A stretch of 64,000 nucleotides of DNA from NCBI GenBank assembly GCA_047967505.1, contig CM106538.1; one strand, written 5' to 3'. Below are positions 1-11,130 of this stretch, piece after piece (the stretch's first letter is position 1; every line of letters starts with the position of its first letter). The notes beneath the pieces were generated by a model. The model ran no database searches, was not told the DNA's origin, and was given only the letters and a program-made list of their open reading frames with translations. The stretch comes from Dipteris shenzhenensis. Taxonomy: Eukaryota. A program made the position numbers and the translations under genes.

Positions 1-521
1 CTCCATCGTCTTCCCTGCAGCCAGTTTCTGCTCCAGCCATTGCTCCGCTAGCTTCTCCACCATCAGGCTCCAAGAATCGCTGCTGCTGCTCGCCTTTGCT
101 GAGTACATCGCCGCCATAGCCGATGTCGGCATCGGCATTCTCCCCTCATCAAACAGCTCCCCGTTGTCTGCCTCCTCCTCCTCCTCCTCTCCTCCCTCCT
201 CCTTCTTCTTCTTCTTCTTCTTCATCCCTGCAATCCAGCTCTGCCTTCCATCACTCCCGTGCTTTGATCCTTGCTTGGTTATCCAAGACATTTCGACGCT
301 TGCCATGGATTTCCCCCCGATCTCTGCCTTGTTCGGCCTCTTCCTCTTCATCTCTGTACCGCGACTGCTACGTTCCATGACTGTGATGCCGCTGCTGCAC
401 GATCGTGCTCCAGAATCGTTCATCGCCACCATCCTGCAATGACACGCCTCTCTCATCTCCTCTTGGCCGCAATCTAGTTGTAGGCTTCTTATAGTGAATT
501 TAATCTAAAATTTAAAGGCTT

Positions 522-3500
522 TCGTTAAAAAATAAATAAAAATAAATGCCCACTTATATTGCTAGACAGGGGGAGGGGGAGTACCCCAATAAAACTCCCT
601 TAACACATAGGGGCAATGCCCTGACCACGCATTTCAATTGCGCCAAACATTGGCCTTCTAAAGATTGCGTGGACTCAAGGACCTTAGAGATGTCCACTAG
701 GGATGTCTTAATACCAGCCAATATGAGACCCTCAATGAACACTGACTCCCCAATATTTCAGAAGGCTAACTGATTCCTTACCAGCCAGATAGAGCAGCAA
801 ACCACACCCCTGATATACGGCCAACATGCCTTTAGGGTTGAGGGCAGCCCATGAGAGTCACCAAGCGGAACTAATTTCCAGTTGCTACCAATCTTGAACT
901 TGGTCATCAACCCCGATTTTCTAACAGCAGCCTCTATCTTACCCCAAATATTCCTAGACACCGAGCATCTCCACATCAGATGTTGAGTAGACTCAAAGGC
1001 CACTTCTAAACAATGGGCATTCAAGATTTACACAAATCCTTTTCGCTAATTTTGCTCTAACCGGTAACGACAGGTGGATCGGCTTCCATAAGATAAAGCT
1101 ATATTTACCACAACGACTACCACACCAAATCTCTTTAAATTTGGTTCTCCACCACCCGGCTGTTCTGCATAGACCCCATTTGGTATTTAAATCATATGCC
1201 ACCAACTGACCATTCATCAACCTCTTATATAGGGTCCTTGCCATAACTTTCCTTAACTGAACCTTTCCCACATACCACTGCAAGCCACGCCTATCCAAAA
1301 CAGTTGGAAGGCCAACTCTCAGGGATTGTTTTCAGGATTTGATGCATGAATGCAGTCTCTTGAACTGTCAAATGGAAGTTGCAGCTTATATCAACCAATG
1401 GGTACCGATCTCCCTTCCTGGGATTCCAAATCTAAAACCAACAGTGCAAACCTTCTTAAAGATACTTCTGGCAAGAGGCAAATTCAGACATGCTACCGGC
1501 TAGTTATTGAGCATCACCGCCTTACTCCACCAAATGGACTCATATAGGCTTGCATCCCCCTCAAGCCTTCGGAACATTTCCAACTGTATTTCCCTATAAT
1601 CATCTTCCAGGCTGATACTAAACCCCCAATCAAGTCAGAACCATTTATTTTCATTGGAAAATCAGAAAAGAGGCAATCATATGTGGTAAGACCTTTCCAA
1701 AACCCCACTAAGTTTGGGTTGTAACCATTCTCAAGGAACCACCTAGTCAACTCAATCCAAGGATCCACGTCTTTAAACATACGGGGGAGCCACTTATCTA
1801 TAAGAGAGACATTCTCGAGCGCCACATCCGAAAACCCTAGGCATCCTTGAAATTCAGCAGCTTTAAGCAGATTCCAGGGAATATAATGCATCCTGCACCG
1901 CCCATTATCCTCTGCCCAGAGAAAGGAGCGGAGTACCTTCTCTATTTCTAGCCACTAGCTATTACGAAAGTGCCATACCAATGCTAAGTAGGTGGTGCTT
2001 GCTGAAAGAGAATGCTTAATCACTAAAGCCCTTGCATTCCAGCCCAGCGGGAGCCAGCTTCTTAGTTTCGCTTTGATCCTATTATGAACCACTCAAAGCG
2101 TTGTTTCATTGTCACTCCAATGCCTAGCGGGGCACCTAGATATCTTACCACTTTACCATGCGGGATTATTTGAACTGGTAAGGCATTCATCCACTCCAGG
2201 ATATTGTCTTATGAAGACCTCATAGCATACGACTTCAGCCAACTACAAACTAAACCAGAAGCTTTATAGGAAATAGCAATAATATCCTCCAAAACATGAA
2301 AGGATGCCTGCTCCTCTTGGCTGAGAGCCACCAAATCATCAGCAAACATTTGGGTGCAGAATTGTCTACTTGAAGGTAGGACTAAACCTTTCAACCTACC
2401 AGCCTCCTTAGCCATATTGATACCATTCAGTAGCGGTATAGAAGCAAGGGCATATAAAAGGGGAGCTATAGGACATTCTTGCCAAATTGAATGTGTGAGA
2501 TTGAATGACCCAACTACCCCACCGTTGATGCAAAGAGCAGCCGAAGTAGAGCATACTTATCATTCTTAGGAATTCTTTCCCAAACCCAAGCCTTTCCATA
2601 ACACCAAGAATGAATTCCCAACACACATGGTTATACGCTTTGTCTAGGTCGAGCCCTAACAGAAGACACTTTTGACCAGCTGAATGGGCATAATCCAGAG
2701 CAGCACTAACATTCAGAATATTATAGAAAATATCACGACCCTTAACAAAACCCACTTGTTCTCTATCCACCACTTGCTTGCGTACCTCCCTGACTCTCAA
2801 TGCTAGGGCTTTAGCAATAATTTTATAAGAGGTATTTAGCATCGAGATAGGGTGTCAGTCCCCCACATGTAACCAATCTTGTCTCTTTGGAAATAGTTTC
2901 ACCAATCTTGTATTGGCATCCTGTGACAAAGACCCCTTGCAAGCCGAGGCATTAGCCATCTTCACAACATCTTCACAAGGTTACTGATACATCCAAAAAA
3001 CAGGCATAAAATTCTGTAGTAAGTCCATTTGAACCAGGACTTTTATCCCCTTTCATCTTAGACAGTGCCATTTTTAGTTCATCCAATGAAAAAGGAACAT
3101 CCAACTTCCTTCTCTAAACCTCAGAGACCCAGGGGTTTAAACCCTCTAAGCATTGAGCCATGTCTGTCTCCCAGTTGGAATCACAAGGCTCCCTTGCTCC
3201 TACTAAATTGCTAAGATGAGAGAGAAATATATTTGCAATGTGCCAAAATTCAGTTTCAACCTTACCCTCAGGTCCCATAATCCTATCAATTGTCTCCCGC
3301 TGCCTTTTCCTTTTAATTGCCTGGAAAAATAGTTTAGCTTTAACCATAGCTATCTACTATAGGTCCTTGCCTTAGAGGCCTCTTCCAACTCCCTACACTG
3401 GATTTCATGTTCTAATTCAATAAGTAGGGTCGATGAAAACTGATCTTCTCGATTTTCCCTCAAGACACCCATCAGAGAGTTCCTTACCCCAATGAGATCT

Positions 3501-4495
3501 TTGAATTTCCAGCAATTAGATCTCTCTCTCCTCTCCCAAGCCATAGCTTCCTTGACCACCAATCTAATGGAATAGTCCCACCTGGCACAAGGCTCTTCCA
3601 CTTGAGCATTGTCAGACCTCCAAATATTTCTGATATGGTTACAGAAAGCAGTAGAGGCTAGATATTTATTCTTTAGTTTGAAAGGCATGTCATAGGACTT
3701 GCCTACCCTAGAGGGAATGCAGAAACTCCAGAACAGTGGTAAGTGATCTGATAAACAAGTCGAAGTTATGTATCCCCCCCTCATAGGGGCATCCACCAAC
3801 CCTCTCCAGAAGCATACACCCTATCAAGCCTTCCCGATCTGTACTCCCCTCCTTTCCTTCTATTGCTCCAAGAGTGTCCTTCCAACTCACCTGGAGATAT
3901 CTCCGCACAATCTATTAACCCATGCTTCAAGCATAATTCCTCCCACATCTCCAGCTCCACAGTGTTGGAAGATCTCGAGGGCAGGGACCTATCTAAGTCT
4001 CCCTCCATAAAATTCCAATCTCCCACTATCAACCAATCATCAACAACCACAACTGTACTCAGCTCTACCCAACATTTCAAATGATCCCTGGGTGAGTTAC
4101 GAGCATAGACACAAAGGACATTAAAATGGAACCCATTGATCCCAACCTTAACATCAATGTACCAGCCCTCTTTACTTTTCGCCAATTCTTTGCCCTCCAA
4201 ATTATCCTTAATCAACACAGCTGAGCCTCCTTTACCACAGGCTAGACAATTGCAAAAGGTAGTGTATCCAAGCTTGTTCACCATGAACCAGTACTGATCG
4301 TGCTCCCCACATTGTAGTTCTTGTAAGCATACAACATCCGGGTTCACCTTCCTAATCACTTACAAGTATCCACTCTGTTTAGATTTCATTTCCTTTGTGA
4401 TGCATATCGAGCTATCGTGATCCTCCTCTGATGAATGGTAGACGAGATGATTTAAACTCGGTCAAGATGCTCTCTTGGAACATAAGGGGCTGCTG
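522..4495 (-). mobile_element. L1-type LINE, 5'-truncated and 5'-inverted, degenerate ORF2 (APE-RT-zf-RVT)
   Basis: Minus-strand ORF pieces: APE (PDVVCLQE, VYARN, IVGDWN, GRLDR, LSDHLP; 3350-4359), RT (LNTSYKIIAKALA, QVGFVKGR, LDLDKAY, FADD; 2209-2842) and C-terminal zf-RVT-like region (ESTQHLMWRC, SIWLVRN; 758-1298). A perfect 16-bp direct repeat TAAAATTTAAAGGCTT at 506-521 and 4496-4511 is the TSD. No long poly(A) tail is visible. Confidence 0.93.
4431..4495 (+). pseudogene. Inverted N-terminus of the LINE ORF2 endonuclease
   Basis: The + strand reads MNGRRDDLNSVKMLSWNIRGC, containing the SWNxRG motif that starts APE domains. It ends exactly at the TSD, while the rest of APE is on the - strand. 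Confidence 0.85.
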
Positions 4496-4534
4496 TAAAA
4501 TTTAAAGGCTTAAGTGTTTAAAATGCTGGCTATG

Positions 4535-5300
4535 TTATAATAAACAAGAGGGACCAGGTGCAGTAGCTTTGAGGAGACAGCCGCCAGAGATAGAGACGTA
4601 GGCTTTGCTGGCAAGAGCGCGGACATCTTCGGGGACAATCGTTGCATTAAGCGGGTCTGAGCGAATGCATATGAGAATAACGGGAATAATTTTTCCTTCG
4701 CCTGGGAAAAGAGAAATGTGACCATGCAAGGACAGAAACCCAAAATACACTTTTTCTAGAAAGGCTAGTGGTGCTCCCAAATGGAAGCACCGTGGGTAGA
4801 GACCCGATTGTTTGCTCGCACGACAACAAAGTAGGTTTGATGGTAATTAAAAAAAGAGGCAGAGGTGGGGCAGTCAATGTTGTGAAAGGGAAGTAGGTGT
4901 TGATTGACGAAAGGGAGCCATTGCAAGAAGAGCAAGTGGACGACAATTTGGTCTACGCAGAGCAATAAGAGCAATTTGGTATGTGCTTGGCAAGGACTCG
5001 TGGGAATGGTGTTCCTCGGGACGACTCACCATGGTTTCTTACTTCATACGAGCCATCCCCAGTGTCAGGGACATTTGTTAAAAGGCAGTAGGGAATCGAC
5101 ATTGGGAGCCGATTCCCGGGAGGAAACCGGTGGCACCCGATGATAGGTAGACCGAGAGCTGGTGGCTCGATTTTCGATCGGATATCAGCGGTGACCGATG
5201 TTGATTTCTAACCGTCAATAGCAACAGCAGCTGGGGGAGTGGGAGGACATATGTCAGATAGTGGTTGGTGGACTTGACGGCCGTCATTGGTTGGAGGACA
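4535..5300 (-). pseudogene. Decayed ORF with a CxxC-x8-CxxC zinc ribbon (possibly RPA70-C/OB-like)
   Basis: The frame of ORF 4647-4946 extends upstream to about 5300 with only two TAG stops, reading ...KHIPNCSYCSA*TKLSSTCSSCNGSL...; it probably continues by frameshift into ORF 4535-4780. The family assignment is an inference. Confidence 0.35.
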
Positions 5301-5811
5301 CATGTCGTGTGCTATATTGGTGACCGTGAGCCGTTGGGGGAGTGGGAGGACACGTGTGTTCTTGCAGTTGGTGGATTTCGATGGCATGTGGTAGTAATGT
5401 GTAGATGCGTGTTTCTTTGGTATTCGTTGTTTGGAACGTGGGGTGACTGGACACGTGTGTTGGTTTTGTGTGATCCATGTGCTTCTTTGTAGTTGGTTGC
5501 CTTTTTTAGTCTAGGATTTTCGATGTTAACTGTTAACCGTTGGATCTAGATTGATCCAATGGTTGTTTTTGTGGTATTTTAAGGTGCTTATGTTTGTGCT
5601 TTCTGCGGGTGTCATTTGAGTTTTTTTGTGCATGGTGATCAGATGATCAGTGTTTGGTTCGTCGTGCATTCTCGAAGTGGTTGTCTGTTCGATGAGGATT
5701 GTGGGCTACATAGGAGAGATTTAAAATTTCAGAGGCAGTCGATCAAGTAAGTGATGTCGAGTGAGCAGGACCAAATAAGCAAGCAAAGCAAAAATGGTTA
5801 GGCTACCAACA

Positions 5812-6302
5812 CATAATCTCACTGTATGTATGTACTCATCATTAATAAATATTTATAGTGCTTCCTCAACATTGAACATGATTATAACATAAAATTGCAA
5901 GTGCACATTAGTAATAGTGTTCTATATTCTACGAGATGAGTTTAAATAGAAATACTTTGGCTATCAACAACAGGTACTATATAGTTGAAGTGCATCACTT
6001 GAGAAAAACATAACCTCACTATATGTATGTACTAATCATTAATAAATCTTTCTAGTATCACCATAATTTTGAAGATGATTATAACATAAGCTTGTAAGTC
6101 TACATTAGTGATAGTGTTATTTAGTCTCATAAGATGAGCTTGCATAGAAATGCTTTGACTACCAATAAGTAGTATACACTTGAAGTGCATCATTCAATAA
6201 AAACTTTAACATTGAACATGATCATAACATGTTATTGAAAGTCAACCTCGGTAAAAGTGTTCTATATATTTCCATCCGAAGAACTTGCATAGAAAACATT
6301 TT
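5812..6302. repeat. Degenerate tandem repeat, ~196-bp unit, ~2.5 copies
   Basis: CATAAyCTCACTrTATGTATGTACT...TTGAAGTGCATCA recurs at about 5812 and 6008, with a partial third copy from about 6203. Confidence 0.8.
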
Positions 6303-6408
6303 ATTGTTTTTGTCTCAATATATAGATAGAGTTCTAACATGCTCTTATTATGAGCGGCCTTGCTCTAAAATCTAGTGCAAGAAACTAGAAAAAATTCCAT
6401 TCAATTAA

Positions 6409-6950
6409 ATTTTGATGCATCAAGTTTTACTAAACGGTGTAAGAGGTCATAATAATCATTTAAATCATGCCTTGCCATTCGTTTTGATATGTAACATGAC
6501 CCCATTTGGATTTGTAAATCAAAAGATACAGGACATCAAAATTTTCATCTTTTGGACCAAAAGTGGTAGTGCGTTTAGGACATCAAAATTTTCATCTTTG
6601 GCCCAAAAGATGAAAATTTTGATGTCCTGTATCTTTTGATTTACAAATCCAAATAGGGTCATGTTACATATCACTTGTATCTTTTGATTTACAAATCCAA
6701 ATGGGATCATGTTACATATCAAAATGAATGGCAAGGCATGCATCTTAAATTCTCATCTTTTGGGCCAAAATAGGCATCGCGTTAACGTGCTCCCTCTTTT
6801 GGCCCAAAAGATGAGAATTTCGATGTCCTGTATCTTTTGATTTACAAATCCAAATGGGGTCATGTTACATATCAAAACGAATGGCAAGGCATGATTTAGA
6901 TTATTATCATGACCTTTTGCACCAATTAGTAAAACTCCATGCATCAAAAT
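6409..6950. repeat. Foldback/long inverted repeat with internal extra inverted copies
   Basis: Arm 6409-6563 is the near-perfect reverse complement of 6796-6950. Further partial copies lie at 6577-6740, and looser complementarity extends to about 6340/7020. The same peptide appears in ORFs on both strands (6412+, 6519-, 6753-). Confidence 0.88.
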
Positions 6951-7619
6951 GTGAATTTAATAAACAATTAGCCGGTTTCTTGCATCTGATGTAGAGGAAA
7001 GATTACCTAATATGGACCATGTCAATATGTTATCTATTTTGGCTTCTACCACCATTGATTTTTATAAGCAAAGATTGATTTGTTTTTGGAATTTAATTCA
7101 TTTTAAAGAAAGGGATGTACTTACTCTTTAGATTTTGTTGGATTGGTGGGATGTGAGAGTGATTCATTAGGGAGGGTTTTTTTGCAAATAGAAAAACATG
7201 GGTTTTGTTCCAAGAGTGAATAGAGTTTCAAAAACCAAGCATTTACACATGCATGCAATGTGGACTATTCCACTCAGAAGTCTTATGAAACTTTTGATTT
7301 GTGTGGAAGATTTCATTGGTGTTCTCACTTATGTTGGTGGAGAGAGAGAAAACTTGATTATAGAGGATTATAAAAAATTGAATGAGTAAAAGTGAGCGAA
7401 GATTGGGTGCATCGTTACTAATGATGCCTTGACAATGACATAGGTCCAACTCTCTCATGGATTTTTGAAGAAATTAGACAGCTGCTAAAATAAGGATTTG
7501 TCAATCTATTATTATTTTGTTTTGATTGTTTTTTAAAGCTCGCTCACTTTTCCTTGCTCACTTTTTTGGTTCGTTGACTTTTCCTCGCTCGCTTTTTGGT
7601 AATCTCAAAATTTCATTAA

Positions 7620-9897
7620 GTGTCTTTATATATGGCTCCTATATGCAGATGTTTTGCATGGTTCTCCTCAGGACTAGATGGGCTGGATATTTTGTCTTTC
7701 TCGTTGGGTGTTCTGGAGGTTGGGGTGAGTGCGTGCATTTTTTCTATTAGTCCATCGGATTCTGCTGTGCGTCCTTTTGTATGTGTGGGTTCTCTTGCAT
7801 CTATTGGCAGTGGTGCAGCGGGTGGTTTACGTGTTTCCTCAGGTGGTGTAGTGGGTTCTACAGATGTAGAGAGTGTTGGTGTTCCTTTTCTTCCATTGGA
7901 TGAGGATGAGGAGAGATTGGTTTTTGAGGTCGGTTGTAATCGTAGCTTGGCTAAGGATGAGTGGGCGAGGCGTAGGTTCGATATTTGGAGAAAGAATGGA
8001 TTTTATGACATTGTGATGATTGAGGAGCTCGAGATGCGTGAGTTGAATGAAATATTGAAAAGCTTCTTCTTGTAGGTTGTGAAATGGGACGGTTTGCTTT
8101 ATCCTCCTGAGTCCATTATGGGACTGTTTCATTGCTTTGATTAGATTTTGAGGCATGCTCAAGATGTGTGCATAGCATCTATGGGTGTGACTGAAGTCCC
8201 ATTTGATATTGTGAAGAATCCGATGTTTAAGGCTTCATAGAACGTGGTGGTGATTTTGATGAATCGGTCTGTTCAAAAGATTTCTTCAAATGAAAATGAG
8301 AAGGAGTGTGTTGTTGGTGTGGGAGAGGAGCTTAAGATCTTGGATGACATTGATTTCTCGATGTACCATCCTCGTGGTGTTCAAAGGAGATTTGCTTATT
8401 ATTGTCTCTCCAGATTTTGTATTCGAGGTGGCAAGGCGCTTCATTCTGTATTGAGATCTGATTTTCGTTCTGATACTAACTTGATTTTTTTTCTGCATGT
8501 CTGGTTGGTTTTGTTGGTATTGTAGTCCATGTTAGATTTTGTTTGTTGTGCATGTTTGGTTAGATTTTAGTTTCAGTGGTGTAATGCAGGTATAAACGAG
8601 AGGATGAGAAAAAACTATGTCGTGAGCTTAACTTGCTATCAGAAGAGCGATTTTCATCCTGGAGTCCGTGTTCACGAAGTTGATGTGGTTCGCACATATG
8701 TTCAGCTTGTATGGCATTTGCCTGCTATTGACGAGTCTTCTGCGAATTCCAAGTTCTTATTCTTACAAGTTATTGACAATTTTCGAACAAAGGTATGTTG
8801 TGTTGCATTTGTGTGTTTTGTTTGTGTTCTGATTTGAAAGTGTGTGCAGGTTTGATTCAATATTAATTGGGTGTCTGAGAAGTCCCTAAACAATCTTGTG
8901 CATTCTATGTTGGCCACGATTGGTGTTCGTGGTGTGAGGAGAATGAACAAGAGTATCAGGGTATTTACTGCTACTAGGCTGAGTCTGTGTCAGGTGCCCG
9001 AGGAGGTGGGTCAGCTCGATACTATGGACATAAAAGGCTTTTTCTTGAAACTTGTTATTGCTCAAAGTATCATCTCAAAGCCGTATGATGATTTTGGTGC
9101 ACTGAGGACCTATCCAAAGGTTCTTGAGAAGAATATGAGGGTCTGTTTGGAGAAGGTGGATGGGATTGTTTCTTGACATGTAGATGTAAATGTTTCAGGT
9201 TTGATCTGTAAAAATTCTGCAAAAGGTATGTGGTTTTATTTATGATGTTTTGATTCTTGTTTTTTTTCTTTTCGTTGATTTTGTGTTCAAATGTTTTAAT
9301 TTTATTTATGTTTTGCGGGTTTGGAGCTGGATGTTTCTATTGCTCCTGGTGCAATTGAGCATTGTGATGATCTTGATTTCTTTGGTAGGAATTCTTCTGG
9401 TGCGGTTGGTGGTGGGAATTTTCATGTTGATAATACTTGTATTGGCATTTCGGATGTTTGTGGTTCTCCTTCCCCTGTCGTTTTTGGAGGTGGTGGAATT
9501 GATCCGGGTGGCCACTGTTCCTGTTGCAGTTGCTACTGTTGTTGCTGCGGGTGGTCTTCGCGACGGTGGAGATCTAGCTAATGGTGCTATTGGTGATTCT
9601 GTAAAAAATGCCGATTATGGAGGGAAGTCTTCTACTTCTACGGAAGGTGTTGTTCCTGGTGGTGCTCTTCCTGCCGGTGTCGCTGCTGATGGACAAGTTT
9701 CTCTTGGTATTGGCATTCATGATTTCGATTATGGTGCTCTGTACAGTGGCGATGATTCGCAGATGCTGGACGAGTTATCTCATGTTTCACCAGTTGATGT
9801 TCGTGCTTTGGGACTTTCGTATCACGGCAGGCCTGTTGTTGTGTTGAATGGTGCAATTTTCAATAACTGCGTTGTGCAGTTCGTGAAGAAAGAATGA
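7620..9897 (+). pseudogene. Spliced, decayed DUF3504/Crypton-type tyrosine recombinase
   Basis: In-frame read-through of stops gives ELNEILKSFFL*VVKWDGLLYPPESIMGLF, FCIRGG (R at 8424), NERMRKNY, DVVRTY..LP, FLFLQ...TK|V*F across a phase-0 GT-AG intron (8793-8849), MNKSIRVFTATRL, a frameshifted GH (9026-9031) and a C-terminal GAIFNNCVVQF. This motif order matches DUF3504/Crypton YR proteins. The start position is approximate. Confidence 0.78.
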
Positions 9898-10156
9898 ACT
9901 GTGTGCTGCTTCTGTTGTTAGAATTTTGATGCCGTTTTTGTCTGACGACGAAGTTTTTTGGGATCAGATGGATGCCATGGGTTACCGGTTTAGCCTGTTA
10001 TTGTAAATATTTCTATATGGAATAAATTCTAAACTCTTGTAAATATATTTTGATGCAATAAAATGACTCATGGTTTGGCTGTATTTTCTATTTTTTTAAT
10101 TTTTTGTTTATTTATTTATTCATGAAATAAAGTGTGTAATTTAGTCGGTGATCATC

Positions 10157-11130
10157 TTATTTAAAATTACGTCTAAAGATGTTTTTAAATCGTATGGTTG
10201 AGATTAAAACTCCCGCGACCCCCGCCGTTGTTGACGGATTAGAAGAAGGCATTGAGTGGAGATTTGAGTTATGCTTGGACAACGAAGAATTGAATGTATG
10301 ACCACCGCATACGAATAGGTTAGCCAATACAATATTACCTTCATTCTTGGTTTTGTATGCTCCGCGAGCGTCGTCTGAAATCTTGGCCTTCCCTTTCTCT
10401 GAGGGCAACGTTGTTGCTTGGTTCTGAGAATCTTCGACTACATCTATAGCACCAGGTGCGATTTTAACGGGAGGAACAAACCAACGGAACCACTATGAGA
10501 ATCGGCCGGAATAAACAAAGAGAACATGAAAGCGAACAGCGTATTCAAACATAGGAAATGGAAAAATGACCCCGGTAACATGAAGTAGCTTCTTCAGCGC
10601 ATCCTGCTCGGCTATGCTCATCATGTCTATGAGCAACCAACAAAACCAAAAAACCAAACGCAAAACGTGAATATCGAAATGAAATTTGCAAAGAAAGCAA
10701 GCATGGAAACTAGAACCAATCGGTACCGTTTTCAAATTGCCCACTACTAGTGTCCATTGAATCTCCAAAGCCTTGCCGTTCTGAATTCGCGGATAACTCA
10801 TTCTCTTCGACATCGCCACCCATAATCAGGAACAGGACAAGGAAACTGTGTAGCGCTACCAACATATGAGGAAGCTGTACTAGTTCACGAAATGGACGAC
10901 ATCTTGTACCCCGTTTTTAGAATGGCATGTTGGAGGCGTTAAGGCACTAGACACCCACATAGTAATTGCAGCGTTGAACCATCCGCAACTTCATTACAGA
11001 AACAGAGCAACATTGTACACTGCCCCTGCTGAGGAAAGCACCGCTGGTAGAAGCGAAGAACATATTCTGGCCAAGCCCATGCTGAGATATGGAGAATGCC
11101 TTTCCCATCCGGCATCACCACGGCGAAAAT
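10157..11130 (-). pseudogene. Candidate spliced, decayed gene convergent with the recombinase; N-terminus weakly OB-fold-like
   Basis: Exon-like blocks with splice-like boundaries (MGGDVEENELSANSERQGFGDSMDTSSGQFEN|GT near 10725-10825; acceptor-like CTCATAG near 10495 and 10630). The upstream piece reads DGKGILHISAWAWPEYVLRFYQ, followed by frameshifted GAVYNVALF. Confidence 0.3.

Noticed and set aside
1-480. Pro/Ser/Phe-rich ORFs (123-477)
   Set aside because: They arise from CCT/CTT trinucleotide runs; no recognisable domain.
6412-6947. Three similar ORFs (HALPFVLICNMTPFGFVNQK)
   Set aside because: Translation artefact of the inverted repeat.
7120-7390. Possible HUH (HLHMH) or SWIM-like (C..FHWCSH) motif upstream of the recombinase
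   Set aside because: The motifs are in different frames, short and incomplete; neither family can be supported.
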